From positions 224,001-288,000 of the forward strand of contig JAVYWL010000001.1 of the NCBI GenBank assembly GCA_038727135.1: 64,000 nt of DNA, in the 5' to 3' direction. Origin of the DNA: Candidatus Bathyarchaeia archaeon (GTDB taxonomy: Archaea; Thermoproteota; Bathyarchaeia; Bathyarchaeales; Bathycorpusculaceae). Numbering within the stretch: position 1 is the stretch's first letter; every line of letters starts with the position of its first letter. Of the stretch, positions 17,543 to 26,950 are shown one piece after another. The notes below the pieces were generated by a model. The model was not told the DNA's origin. It saw nothing but the letters and a program-made list of their open reading frames with translations, and did no database searches. A program made the translations under genes and the position numbers.

Positions 17543-20515
17543 TTATTTTCCCTTGCGTTTTGTTAGACTTAAAAGCGCGCCGAACAATGCCATCAACATT
17601 GCGTATACAATTGTCGGCGTTATAGGAGCATTTTTGGTTAAGGCTACCGAGTATCCACCAACCGGGATGGATGAAACTATTACTTTGGCGGGGTCTGACT
17701 GGGCTGTGTTGCCTGCCGCATCCGTAACCTTCAGCACCACGTAATATGTGCCAGTTGCTGTTGGCGTGAACGTGAAGCTACTAGATGTTGCTCCAGGAAC
17801 CGGGTTATTGTTCACAAACCATTGGTATGTGTAGAGCGGTGTTCCTCCGCTGACGGTTGATGTGAAGATTACCTGCTGTCCAACCAGTATTGACGCGGTC
17901 ATGGGGCTTATCGAAACTGTTGGCGGCGTTGGCGCCGTCTTAAAGAAGGCTTTCAATACATAATTATTGTTCATTGTCACCGTATAGGTTGTGGCTGTGC
18001 CTACATTCGTGCCATTAAGCTCCCAGTGGTCGAAGAGGTAACCACTGCTTGGAATTGCAGCAACTTGAACTTGCGTACCAGCCGCGTAAGTGTATGTGCC
18101 GGGCGCAGGATTTGTCGTGCCACCCGCCGTGGTCTCAATTTTAAGCGTGTAGGTTGGCACCGCCGCCTTGTAGTGGGCTGTAGCTGTGTGAGGAGCATTC
18201 ATTGTTACCGTTATTGGGTTAACACCAGTTCCTTGCGATGTCCCGTCAACATCCCAATATTGGAACGCGTAACCCGCCACAGCTGGTGCGGTTAGCTGAA
18301 CACTTTGCGCGGGGTTATACCAGCCCTCTCCCGGGATTGTTGCGATTCCGGGCGGGTCGGTGCGCACAGTTAGATAGTATTGGACTTGATAGGAGGCGCT
18401 CACCGTGAAGGGAGCATTAACGATTTGCGGCGATGACGGATTAACGCTTGACAATATGTAGCGTACTCCTGGAGCAGCTCCTGGAACAACATCTTGGTAA
18501 GCGTATGTGATTTGGGAGCCCGCCAAAACCCAGACTGTGAAGGGCACCGTTTCTGTCGGATCCGTGTCAGCCGTGTAGGTGACTGTTGGCGCCACACCGG
18601 AGCCCGTCTGAGTAAAAGTTACAGCATACTGGGTCTTCCAGTTTGCCACAGCCGTTTTCGGCGAATTCATTACTATTGGGTTGCTTTGGGCATAGTTGGT
18701 CCCTGACGCATCGCCGCCCCAGCTTACAAAAACTCTTCTTGTTCCGTTTCCATGGTCAACCAAGCCTGTATTCAACGTCGCGTAGGCTGTTGTTCCGCTT
18801 TGATACCAGCCCTCACCGCCCACCGTGCCGAAGGGGGAGGACACCGTTAAATAATATTCGAAGACATAGTGGGCGGTGGCTGTGTGATTGTCGTCCATAA
18901 CAACTGTTATTGGGTTGCCAGTCTTTGGCGTTCCATCAACATCCCAATAGCTAAACTTGTAGCGAACACCAGGTGAAACCGAAACGATGTCTGGAGCTGT
19001 AAGCGTGACTTCTGTGCCCTCGTCGTACCAGCCTTCGCCTGGGATTGTTGTTACATCCTCAGGATCTGTTTTTACATCTAAATAGTATTTTATTATTGGT
19101 GTTGGGAAAAATAGGACAGTTGAATCTAAATTGTGAGGGTTATGAGTTACGCGGCCTTTGCTTTTTGGAGGTGGCGGATAATCGGCGCTGCCGAAGGCGT
19201 CGAAATGAACTCTAACGTCTGTTGGATTAGTGAACGTTATGGAAACTGTTGCGTCTATATAGCTGCATGCACTTATGTTTCCTACCATGGCGGTGGTAAA
19301 CCATGTGGGGTATACGTCCTCCTCCCATTCTATTTGAAAACCGTATGGTTGTGGAGTGCCATATGTGAAGGAGCTTTTTGGTATTGAGATATCGTTTATC
19401 GTTAAGGATTGGAGGTTTTCGTAGGCTAGGTTGTTAATGGCTATTATTAGGTGGGTGTCATATGATTTGACACTTGAGTGTATGTTGGATATTCTCACGG
19501 TGAAAGATCCAGAAACTCCGGTGATGTTTAGGAGCCAACATTGACTTAGCCAGCGATCTGGATTTGGCCCCACATAAGTGCCAGCAGGCAACGAAACCCT
19601 TAAGATAGCTGGGTTTGTCACGGATACAATCTGCGAAGAAAAGGCCGTTAAACCATCATTATCTGTTACGGTCAAGGTTACCGTATAGTTAACTGTTGAG
19701 CCAGCTGTTGTGTAAACATGTGTTATAATAGGGTCTGTTACTGTTGTTATATTTCCATCTCCAAAATCCCATGTGTAACTAACAATACTGCCGTCAGGGT
19801 CATATGACGCGGAGGCATTAAACGTCACAGTTTCATAAATAAACGGGTTTATCGGGGAATATGTGAATGTGGCTACTGGTGGTTGATTTGCAAGGACAAA
19901 CACTACACCTTCAACCTTTGTTTGATCAGCCAAAGGCAACGTAGGATCGTCAACAAGCAACTTGACATATTTAGAGCTTTGCGGACTTGTAACTTCAATG
20001 TAGAAATCAATTTCTAAGTAGTCTGTTTGATCAACAATCATGTAACCGGGCCAATTATACATTCCTGTCAACGTCATCCAGGTGTTAACAAGGTTTATGT
20101 TAGGCGAGTTTGCAACATTTGTAGCAATAGTTGATCTTATCGTGCCATCGCCTTTTCTAATTAATACGTCAATATCGCAATGCGCAACAACATACGATGC
20201 GGATGCGCTTTTCATTGCCCTATAAGTGACAGTCCAAGTCGAAGCAGGAATGGACTCTATCCCAGAAAGAGGATAAACCCACTTGCCCATCAATTTCCTA
20301 CCAGTAGTTGCGGCAGAAGCAGACAAAACGGTTGCAGGACCATCAGCCGAAAAAGACTTAAATAGATAATAACAGGAGCCCCCCACAGTCGTTGTTTCCG
20401 CGTGGGCATATAAAACAGATGAATCATACCCCTTAACTGTAACTGAAAAAATGGAAACCATCAAGAAACTCGATAGAAAAGGTAAGACCAATAAATACTT
20501 AAACTTTGAATACAA
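17543..20515 (-). CDS. Large cell-surface protein: PKD domains, InlB-B-like repeats, C-terminal PVGG-TM-basic tail
   Basis: Signal peptide; PKD (FNASASYDPDGSIVSYTWDFGDG); repeated IPGEGWY..V.LTAP..F.YWDVDG..NPITV.M..HTATAHY; ends IPVGGYSV...TM...KRKGK. Confidence 0.85.
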   Translation of the reverse strand: MYSKFKYLLVLPFLSSFLMVSIFSVTVKGYDSSVLYAHAETTTVGGSCYYLFKSFSADGPATVLSASAATTGRKLMGKWVYPLSGIESIPASTWTVTYRAMKSASASYVVAHCDIDVLIRKGDGTIRSTIATNVANSPNINLVNTWMTLTGMYNWPGYMIVDQTDYLEIDFYIEVTSPQSSKYVKLLVDDPTLPLADQTKVEGVVFVLANQPPVATFTYSPINPFIYETVTFNASASYDPDGSIVSYTWDFGDGNITTVTDPIITHVYTTAGSTVNYTVTLTVTDNDGLTAFSSQIVSVTNPAILRVSLPAGTYVGPNPDRWLSQCWLLNITGVSGSFTVRISNIHSSVKSYDTHLIIAINNLAYENLQSLTINDISIPKSSFTYGTPQPYGFQIEWEEDVYPTWFTTAMVGNISACSYIDATVSITFTNPTDVRVHFDAFGSADYPPPPKSKGRVTHNPHNLDSTVLFFPTPIIKYYLDVKTDPEDVTTIPGEGWYDEGTEVTLTAPDIVSVSPGVRYKFSYWDVDGTPKTGNPITVVMDDNHTATAHYVFEYYLTVSSPFGTVGGEGWYQSGTTAYATLNTGLVDHGNGTRRVFVSWGGDASGTNYAQSNPIVMNSPKTAVANWKTQYAVTFTQTGSGVAPTVTYTADTDPTETVPFTVWVLAGSQITYAYQDVVPGAAPGVRYILSSVNPSSPQIVNAPFTVSASYQVQYYLTVRTDPPGIATIPGEGWYNPAQSVQLTAPAVAGYAFQYWDVDGTSQGTGVNPITVTMNAPHTATAHYKAAVPTYTLKIETTAGGTTNPAPGTYTYAAGTQVQVAAIPSSGYLFDHWELNGTNVGTATTYTVTMNNNYVLKAFFKTAPTPPTVSISPMTASILVGQQVIFTSTVSGGTPLYTYQWFVNNNPVPGATSSSFTFTPTATGTYYVVLKVTDAAGNTAQSDPAKVIVSSIPVGGYSVALTKNAPITPTIVYAMLMALFGALLSLTKRKGK

Positions 20516-20622
20516 ACGCCCTCCCCCTTCGGCAAAAAATAATACGCCTTAAATAAATATAAGCCTTGCTAGAATTATCTTCTATAGTTTTATGTTCAGT
20601 TTAAAAGGATAAAAAGTGGGGA

Positions 20623-21612
20623 TTAATTTTTAGGTTTCTTTCGAAATCTGATAACCGTTGCTGCTGAGGCAAACGCCAGCAATAAAATGTATATTATTGG
20701 TGAAGCAAATTCAGGAACTACCGTGTAAACGTAGTAGGCACCCGCATTGTCTTTAACCGCGCAATTTTCTGCATTATCATATGCCTCTATCTTATACTTT
20801 ATTGTCACGCCTTGGGCATGCCCCGGTATAGTTACCTCCCATAATCCGCTAGTGCTGTTAAACTCCATCGGAATAGAGTACCATGTTGTATCATTGGTAA
20901 AGTATAATGTGACGTTTTTAACGCCAGTTTCAGGGTCGGTAACATTTACTAAAACCTTCACTTCCTGGCCCGGCTGAACATTTGTTGAAGGAATTTGCGT
21001 AGGATTGCCTATGCGTGGTGGTATATTGTCTACATACGCATATGTGTATGTGGCGCCTAGTTTTGTTATCGGCTGTATCTCGTCCAAGTCTGGGTTTAAT
21101 ATATATGTGTCAACGTTGTTTATGTCCAGCGGGCTTTCTAATGTTCCATCTTCCGGCGGCTCTGCAATTATTTCAAATTCCACCCATGCCAGACTAGCGC
21201 ATATTCCAGCAGGGACGTAGTAGTCGGCTAAGCATGATTCTGCAAAAAGGACGTAGTCATCCTCAATTACGGGTGATACAGCGCCTGTCCCACCGCCGGT
21301 TCTATGACTTGCCCATTCACTATAAGCTCCCATCGGACCCGTATATCCTGCCCTTAAAGCTGTCAAGTGCGAAGTGTTGTAATAAAGTTTGAATTGCCAT
21401 GTATACATATTTTGTGACGTTACATTAAGCCATATCGTTACATTAAATTTGGATCCAACAGGCATTTCGAATGCATTAATAGCTACAGTTGAAGGCTCAA
21501 CCCATATGGAATCCGCAGGTGCACTCTGGGCTGCTTTAAAATTCACAAATACCGCTGCTGATATCGCTATGCCTAATAACGCCAAGACTAGTGGAGTTTT
21601 CTTATTCACCAT
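20623..21612 (-). CDS. Cohesin-like + Ig-like surface protein with a PEF-type C-terminal sorting signal (candidate anchoring scaffoldin)
   Basis: Signal peptide from ATG 21612; cohesin pattern VGSKFNVTIW..YTWQFKLYYN..LAWVEFEII; ends VPEF-TM-RKKPKN. Confidence 0.8.
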   Translation of the reverse strand: MVNKKTPLVLALLGIAISAAVFVNFKAAQSAPADSIWVEPSTVAINAFEMPVGSKFNVTIWLNVTSQNMYTWQFKLYYNTSHLTALRAGYTGPMGAYSEWASHRTGGGTGAVSPVIEDDYVLFAESCLADYYVPAGICASLAWVEFEIIAEPPEDGTLESPLDINNVDTYILNPDLDEIQPITKLGATYTYAYVDNIPPRIGNPTQIPSTNVQPGQEVKVLVNVTDPETGVKNVTLYFTNDTTWYSIPMEFNSTSGLWEVTIPGHAQGVTIKYKIEAYDNAENCAVKDNAGAYYVYTVVPEFASPIIYILLLAFASAATVIRFRKKPKN

Positions 21613-21708
21613 TAGTTCCACCTTAGCTTTGATAATGCTCTTTATATTTTTAAAACTTGTGGTTTGCAAATTAAGAACAAATACTCAGAATAAAAATTGG
21701 AGAATGTT

Positions 21709-23775
21709 TCAGCATTTTTTCCCAAAGTTTTTACATACCACTGCTAAGTCTCTTACGTCTACGTAGTTATCCGGTACCAGGTACTTCTCGCTTGTTATAT
21801 CAGCTTCGGGGTTCCATCGTGGATGCCCAGGGTAACTTCCAAATGCCTTACCTACTATCGCAATGTCTCTTGCCTCTACTTGACCATCTCCGTTTACATC
21901 TCCTAGTACTCTTATTTTTACTCCTCCGTCTATTAAGATGTTGTTGGTTAAGTTGTATTCGTATTGGATTGTTGAGATCTCCGCCTTGATAATGAAAGTG
22001 TTGCATGGTTTTAAGCCTGTAGTGTTCCAGGCGAAGGTTAAGTTAATTTGAGCTTTTGGCGGCATATTGGTTATGGGACAAGTTGCTATTATCGTTTGGT
22101 TGCCGTATATCGTGACGCTGAATGACTCACTGTATTCGCCAAAGTTTTCAATGGAAACGGTTATGTTTACTGGCATGCCTGGGAAAGCCCAGCTTCTGGA
22201 TAGGTTTACAGAGTTTACACCTACATCCCTAATCTTGGTTAGTACCACTACAGGATCTGAGCATAGCAAGTTGTTTGTTACATTATACTCGTATGGAACC
22301 GGCGAAGCTTCAGCCTTTATTATGTAGATTCCTTCATTAACTCCTGTGGTGTTCCACTTTATAATTGTTGAAAAGGTAGTGTTTGGAGCTAAATTAATGA
22401 CTGGAAACGTGACTATTAATGTTTCGTTAAAGTATACCCCAATAGTGAAGCTTTCACTTAAGTTGCCAAGGTTTGCGACGACAACGGATATTTCTAGGGT
22501 CCAGTTTTGGTAAATCCAGCTGCGGGATGGAGTGACCTCTATGATGGCAACGTCTCTTATAACAGTCATTATAAATCCATCTTCGGTTTGGTGGGAAATG
22601 GGGACGCCGTTAACATCTGTTATTAGAGTGTTGTTTAAGTGTAGCAGACTGTATCCCATGTCACTTATTAGGAAGTAGATTGTTGCAAGGTCTTCTGGTT
22701 TGGTTGCAGTAATTGGAGTCGATGGGGGATAATAGGTTACCTTAACCCATATATAGCCAGCCGCATCGTCTATTGTCATTTTTGAAGTGAAATGCGTTTG
22801 GTTTTGAATAATATTAATTAGTGCGCCCAGACATGTCAACATTTCTGTGTTGTAATTTAACTGGAATTCGTACCCGTACATGTCTCTCACTCCTTCAACA
22901 GTAATGTTTATTTTAACAATCGACGGAGGCAGCAGTGTTGGATCTGTAATTTCTGGAGGGTTGACAAATATTCTTGCAGGTTTGTACTCGTAAACAGTTA
23001 TGTCCTTTGTTTCTGTATCGGTTAAACCATCGTTATCCGTAACTCTTAAAGAAACCGTGTAGGTTCCTGCGGCCGTATATTTATGTGTCACAACCTTTCC
23101 AGTTGCTGTTCCACCGTCCCCGAAGTTCCATTCATACTTTACTATCGTGCCGTCCGGATCGTAGCTTTTGGAGGCATTGAAAGTTATGAGCTCATTAATT
23201 GCGGGAGATTTTGGCGTATATTCGAAGTAGGCTACTGGCGGAGCAGCATTTTCAAAGTATCCATCCTTAACTTGAGCTGGAATCGTGTCTAGATCATAGT
23301 TTAAGAGGAACGTGTCTTCGCCATATGGCCTTGAAAAGTTTAGGTGAGAAATTCCCCTACCTACAACGGTGAAATTTATTTGGCATAATACTCCGCTTCC
23401 GCTGACTTTTTGATCGCCAATAAGCGAGGCGGCAAACAACACATAACCTGCGACATTATCTATGATTGGACTGACCGACGAAAATGTTTTCCCAGCAAAT
23501 ATATGGTAAGGCGGGTAAGTCGCCCCAATACAGTTGAGCACTGTGGGTTTGAAGAGAATTTTGACTTGCCATGTAAAGAGGTCTATGACGTCAATTACAC
23601 TGACGTTTATAACTATTTTTGAACCGGGTGTTAAAGATACATCTATTATTTTTTCTGGTTCTATTTTAAGCGTGGTTGCTGGACTTGCATTTGATGGTGA
23701 AGTTGAGACAAGTAATATTGTCGATGTGATTAACATCAGCATTAACAATTTTGCAACGTTTTGAGTTTTGCTCAA
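21709..23775 (-). CDS. Secreted cohesin-PKD-cohesin-CARDB-CARDB-dockerin protein (candidate adaptor scaffoldin)
   Basis: Two cohesin patterns (WQVKILFKPTVL..GSGVLCQINF; YGYEFQLNYNTEML..LATIYF), a PKD, two RDV-initiated CARDB-like domains and dockerin GDVNGDGQVEARD; TTG 23775 follows GGAGAGG (track start 23793). Confidence 0.83.
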   Translation of the reverse strand: MSKTQNVAKLLMLMLITSTILLVSTSPSNASPATTLKIEPEKIIDVSLTPGSKIVINVSVIDVIDLFTWQVKILFKPTVLNCIGATYPPYHIFAGKTFSSVSPIIDNVAGYVLFAASLIGDQKVSGSGVLCQINFTVVGRGISHLNFSRPYGEDTFLLNYDLDTIPAQVKDGYFENAAPPVAYFEYTPKSPAINELITFNASKSYDPDGTIVKYEWNFGDGGTATGKVVTHKYTAAGTYTVSLRVTDNDGLTDTETKDITVYEYKPARIFVNPPEITDPTLLPPSIVKINITVEGVRDMYGYEFQLNYNTEMLTCLGALINIIQNQTHFTSKMTIDDAAGYIWVKVTYYPPSTPITATKPEDLATIYFLISDMGYSLLHLNNTLITDVNGVPISHQTEDGFIMTVIRDVAIIEVTPSRSWIYQNWTLEISVVVANLGNLSESFTIGVYFNETLIVTFPVINLAPNTTFSTIIKWNTTGVNEGIYIIKAEASPVPYEYNVTNNLLCSDPVVVLTKIRDVGVNSVNLSRSWAFPGMPVNITVSIENFGEYSESFSVTIYGNQTIIATCPITNMPPKAQINLTFAWNTTGLKPCNTFIIKAEISTIQYEYNLTNNILIDGGVKIRVLGDVNGDGQVEARDIAIVGKAFGSYPGHPRWNPEADITSEKYLVPDNYVDVRDLAVVCKNFGKKC

Positions 23776-23903
23776 GATTCCCTCTCCTTTCAATGTTTAT
23801 ACCGTTTTTCTTGCTTTTAAATTTTTATAGAATAATGTTCTAATTTGAGAAGATTTGAACAAGCTTTTAAATTTCACTTACACTTATAAATAAGGGAGGA
23901 AAC

Positions 23904-24581
23904 TTGGAATCATATCTCCTATACTCGCTTGTTGCGATGTCCATTATGGCTGTTATCTCGTTATTTTTGTCCATAATTTTTCGTCGTAAACTGAATAGAA
24001 TAAACATGCTCGGCTCTTATGTTAAGCCTGAAATTTATAGTAGGAGCTTCGTTGTTTTTGACCCTTATTCTTCTAAGATTACGGTTTTTCATAGGTTTTT
24101 GCTTTTGGCTGTTGTGGCTGTTTGGTCTGGATGCCTCTTACTTCTTTATGTTTTCTTCAAGGTTTTGGAGTATGGGCTTCTGTTCCCTTTAATTTTGATA
24201 ATTATTTGCTTGAACATTATGCCCCTTGAGGTGACATTTGAAGCTTATGAGAACTCTAAGATTTTTATTCAAGCTTTACTACGTGGAGGAAAGCTGGGCG
24301 TCGGTGACGTTGAAGTTTTAGAGAAGCTTAAAAGGATTTTAAAGAGGCTAAGTAATTATTGTTTTGGGTTATTCTTAGCCTTTCTTTTTTCTGCTCTATT
24401 TTTTGTTGCTGCGCGTTATTGGCTTAACATAAATTTGAATTCATTCTTCGCAGCATTCCCTAATTTTCTAGCTTCTTGGGGATTTTTTGGCATTTTCTTT
24501 TTAACTTGCTTATTTGCGGCTTTGTTTGTGTTTGGTCTTGCAGTTACCTCGAGAATTAAAAAATTTTTATTGGACTTGTAG
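23904..24581 (+). CDS. Hypothetical multi-pass membrane protein
   Basis: 225 aa with about five hydrophobic segments; GGAGG RBS. Confidence 0.75.
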   Translation: MESYLLYSLVAMSIMAVISLFLSIIFRRKLNRINMLGSYVKPEIYSRSFVVFDPYSSKITVFHRFLLLAVVAVWSGCLLLLYVFFKVLEYGLLFPLILIIICLNIMPLEVTFEAYENSKIFIQALLRGGKLGVGDVEVLEKLKRILKRLSNYCFGLFLAFLFSALFFVAARYWLNINLNSFFAAFPNFLASWGFFGIFFLTCLFAALFVFGLAVTSRIKKFLLDL

Positions 24582-24594
24582 GCAAAGTTTCATT

Positions 24595-25617
24595 TTATGG
24601 GTTCCATTTTGATCCGAAGGCTTTACACACCACGGCGACGTCTTTTGCGTCTACAATTAGGTTTTTATCCAGGTCGGCGATAGGATTCCACCTTGCGCTG
24701 CCGGGGTATGATCCGAAGGCTTTCCCTACAATTGCTATGTCTTTTGCGTCAACTTTTCTGTCGCCGTTTAGGTCTTGAGGGAGAGTTAATAATATTTGCG
24801 TGTTTATTGTTCCTTGGTCGTAGTTGAAGCAGAGGTTATTGTTATTTTTGTCTGTTGAGCACGTGTAGGCTATAGCCTTGTTGTTTATTAGTATTGCGAA
24901 TGTTCCGTTGAGGAGTTCCTTTGGAACCCTTATGGAGCATGATCCTTTAGTTCCCAAAGGACCTGTTAGCGTGAATTCTATTGTTTTAAGGGTGTAGTTG
25001 AAGTTGAAATTTGTTAATGTGGAGTTTGTTAGGATTGTGACGTTGTAGTTTTCTGTGCCTATTTGAACGGTAAATACGTATTTTGTGAAGCCATCTGGGG
25101 CTACTAACACTGTTCCATCGTATGCCTCCGTTAGGATTTGGTTATCTTTTGAGTCTGTTAAGTATGTTCCTTTTATTTGCATGATTTCGGTGAAGGCGAG
25201 GCTTGAAATTCCCGGGGCTATTGCGTTGAAGGTTAGTTGGCAAAGCACTCCTGATCCATTTACTCCAGAAGATTCCCATAAGCCGTTGAAGGCTATTAGG
25301 CTTCCTTTTTGGTTGTCAATTATGTAGGATAGTCCTGTTGTGTCATGTCCTGAGAAGATGTTTGGTTCGGGTATTGTTATGTTTATGCATTTTATTATGT
25401 ATGGGTTAAATGTTATTTTTATTTGCCATGAGCATAGGTCGGTTACGCTGTTTACTGTGGCGTTCACTGTGAATGTTGAGAGGGTACTTAGTTGGGTTTG
25501 GGATGGAGTTATTGTTAGGGCGGTTGTTGCTGTTGAGTTTACTCTTTCTGGGATGATTAAAATTGCTAATGTTAAGGAGACGAGAAGAAAAACACTGGTT
25601 TTTGAGGGGTTTATCAT
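24595..25617 (-). CDS. Secreted cohesin + beta-sandwich + dockerin protein
   Basis: Signal peptide; FTVNATVNSVTDLCSWQIKITFNP..GSGVLCQLTF; dockerin DLNGDRKVDAKD..ADLDKNLIVDAKD. Confidence 0.83.
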   Translation of the reverse strand: MINPSKTSVFLLVSLTLAILIIPERVNSTATTALTITPSQTQLSTLSTFTVNATVNSVTDLCSWQIKITFNPYIIKCINITIPEPNIFSGHDTTGLSYIIDNQKGSLIAFNGLWESSGVNGSGVLCQLTFNAIAPGISSLAFTEIMQIKGTYLTDSKDNQILTEAYDGTVLVAPDGFTKYVFTVQIGTENYNVTILTNSTLTNFNFNYTLKTIEFTLTGPLGTKGSCSIRVPKELLNGTFAILINNKAIAYTCSTDKNNNNLCFNYDQGTINTQILLTLPQDLNGDRKVDAKDIAIVGKAFGSYPGSARWNPIADLDKNLIVDAKDVAVVCKAFGSKWNP

Positions 25618-25675
25618 TTTTATTCCTCTTTTAATTATGCTTCGTTTGATTTAAGTGTTATTTCTTTTTGGGGTT

Positions 25676-26938
25676 TTAGCATGTTTTTCCGAAGTATTTG
25701 CAGGCGAACGCTAGGTCCTTTGAGTCTATTATGTCGTTTTGGATTATGTCGCATGTTTGGTTCCATTTTTGTGTTTCAGGGGTGGCTCCGAAGAGGGAGG
25801 CGATTGTGCCTATGTCTTTTGCGTCTACTTTTCCGTCGTTGTTTATGTCTGCTGGCATTATTGTTTTTCCTTGCGGGTCTTTGTTGTTTAGGAAGTCTGT
25901 TGGTGGGATAATGATCTTTATTTTTTGTTTTGAAGTGAATGTGTTGTTTATGATTGTTGCTTGGAAGTCGGCTTGTATATCGTATTCCGTGTTGTTTGTT
26001 ATTTGGTTGTTGATTATTTTTACGTCTTTTACTTGTTCGCTTCCATAGTATCTGCTTATTCCTATTTTGTTGTTTGTTATTTGGTTGTTGGCTATTGTGA
26101 TGTTCCATGAGCCTGGATCTGCTGGTTGTGTTCCTAGGTATATTCCATAGCTTGTGCAGTTGGTTATTATGTTGTTTTCTATGATTATATTTGAAATGCC
26201 TCTTGTTCCGATGCCGTATTGACTGTTGGTTATTGTGTTTTCGAATACCTTTCCATCTGATGCGAAGGCTATGGCTATTTTACCGTTTTCTGGGGAATTT
26301 GTTACCAGGTTGTTGGTTATGGTGAAGTTGGTTATTTCTCTTGTTCCTGGGGATCCGAAGATTATTAGTGGGGCGTTGTTTGTGTTTATGAAAGTGTTGT
26401 TTTTTATCGTGAAGTTTTTGTTTTGTCCTGTTATTCTTAGGGCGTTTCGTGATATGTCTTTGAATGTGTTGTTGAATATTAGGAAGTTTATGCTGTTTGT
26501 TATGTATATGCCTGTTGCGTCTGTGATGTTTTGTCCATCGAAGGTTATGTTGATTATTGCGAAGTTTGAGGCGTTTACAAAGGTTATGAATGGTAGGGTT
26601 GTGTTTGCGGGACGTTTTATTGTTGTTTTTCCGCTGCCCATTATTATGGTTTTGGATTTTGCTGTGAGGTTGTAGGCCACCCATGTTCCTTCTGGTATGT
26701 AGACTGTTGCGCCTTCTAGCGGCACTGAGTTTAGGGCTTTTTGAATTTTTTCTTGGTCCGTTCCTGTATAGTTGTTAACGTTTATAATTAAGGTTTGGTT
26801 TTCTGTTGGTTCGCCTTTGGCTGTTTTAATTTTAAGGATGGTGAATTGTTGATTTTTTGATTTTTGTGTTGCAGCCATTAATACTGTGGTGGTTATAATT
26901 AATATTGTGATCGCAGAGCATAGGTGTTTTCTTTGCAT
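25676..26938 (-). CDS. Secreted right-handed beta-helix (pectin lyase-like/NosD) protein with C-terminal dockerin
   Basis: IQKALN..G.TVYIPEGT cap, repeated I.NN.I..GI coils, dockerin ADINNDGKVDAKD. Confidence 0.83.
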   Translation of the reverse strand: MQRKHLCSAITILIITTTVLMAATQKSKNQQFTILKIKTAKGEPTENQTLIINVNNYTGTDQEKIQKALNSVPLEGATVYIPEGTWVAYNLTAKSKTIIMGSGKTTIKRPANTTLPFITFVNASNFAIINITFDGQNITDATGIYITNSINFLIFNNTFKDISRNALRITGQNKNFTIKNNTFINTNNAPLIIFGSPGTREITNFTITNNLVTNSPENGKIAIAFASDGKVFENTITNSQYGIGTRGISNIIIENNIITNCTSYGIYLGTQPADPGSWNITIANNQITNNKIGISRYYGSEQVKDVKIINNQITNNTEYDIQADFQATIINNTFTSKQKIKIIIPPTDFLNNKDPQGKTIMPADINNDGKVDAKDIGTIASLFGATPETQKWNQTCDIIQNDIIDSKDLAFACKYFGKTC

Positions 26939-26950
26939 TTTGTTTCCCGT

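Noticed and set aside
25681-26684. Several long overlapping low-complexity ORFs
   Set aside because: By-products of the extreme G/T versus A/C skew, which removes stop codons from other frames.
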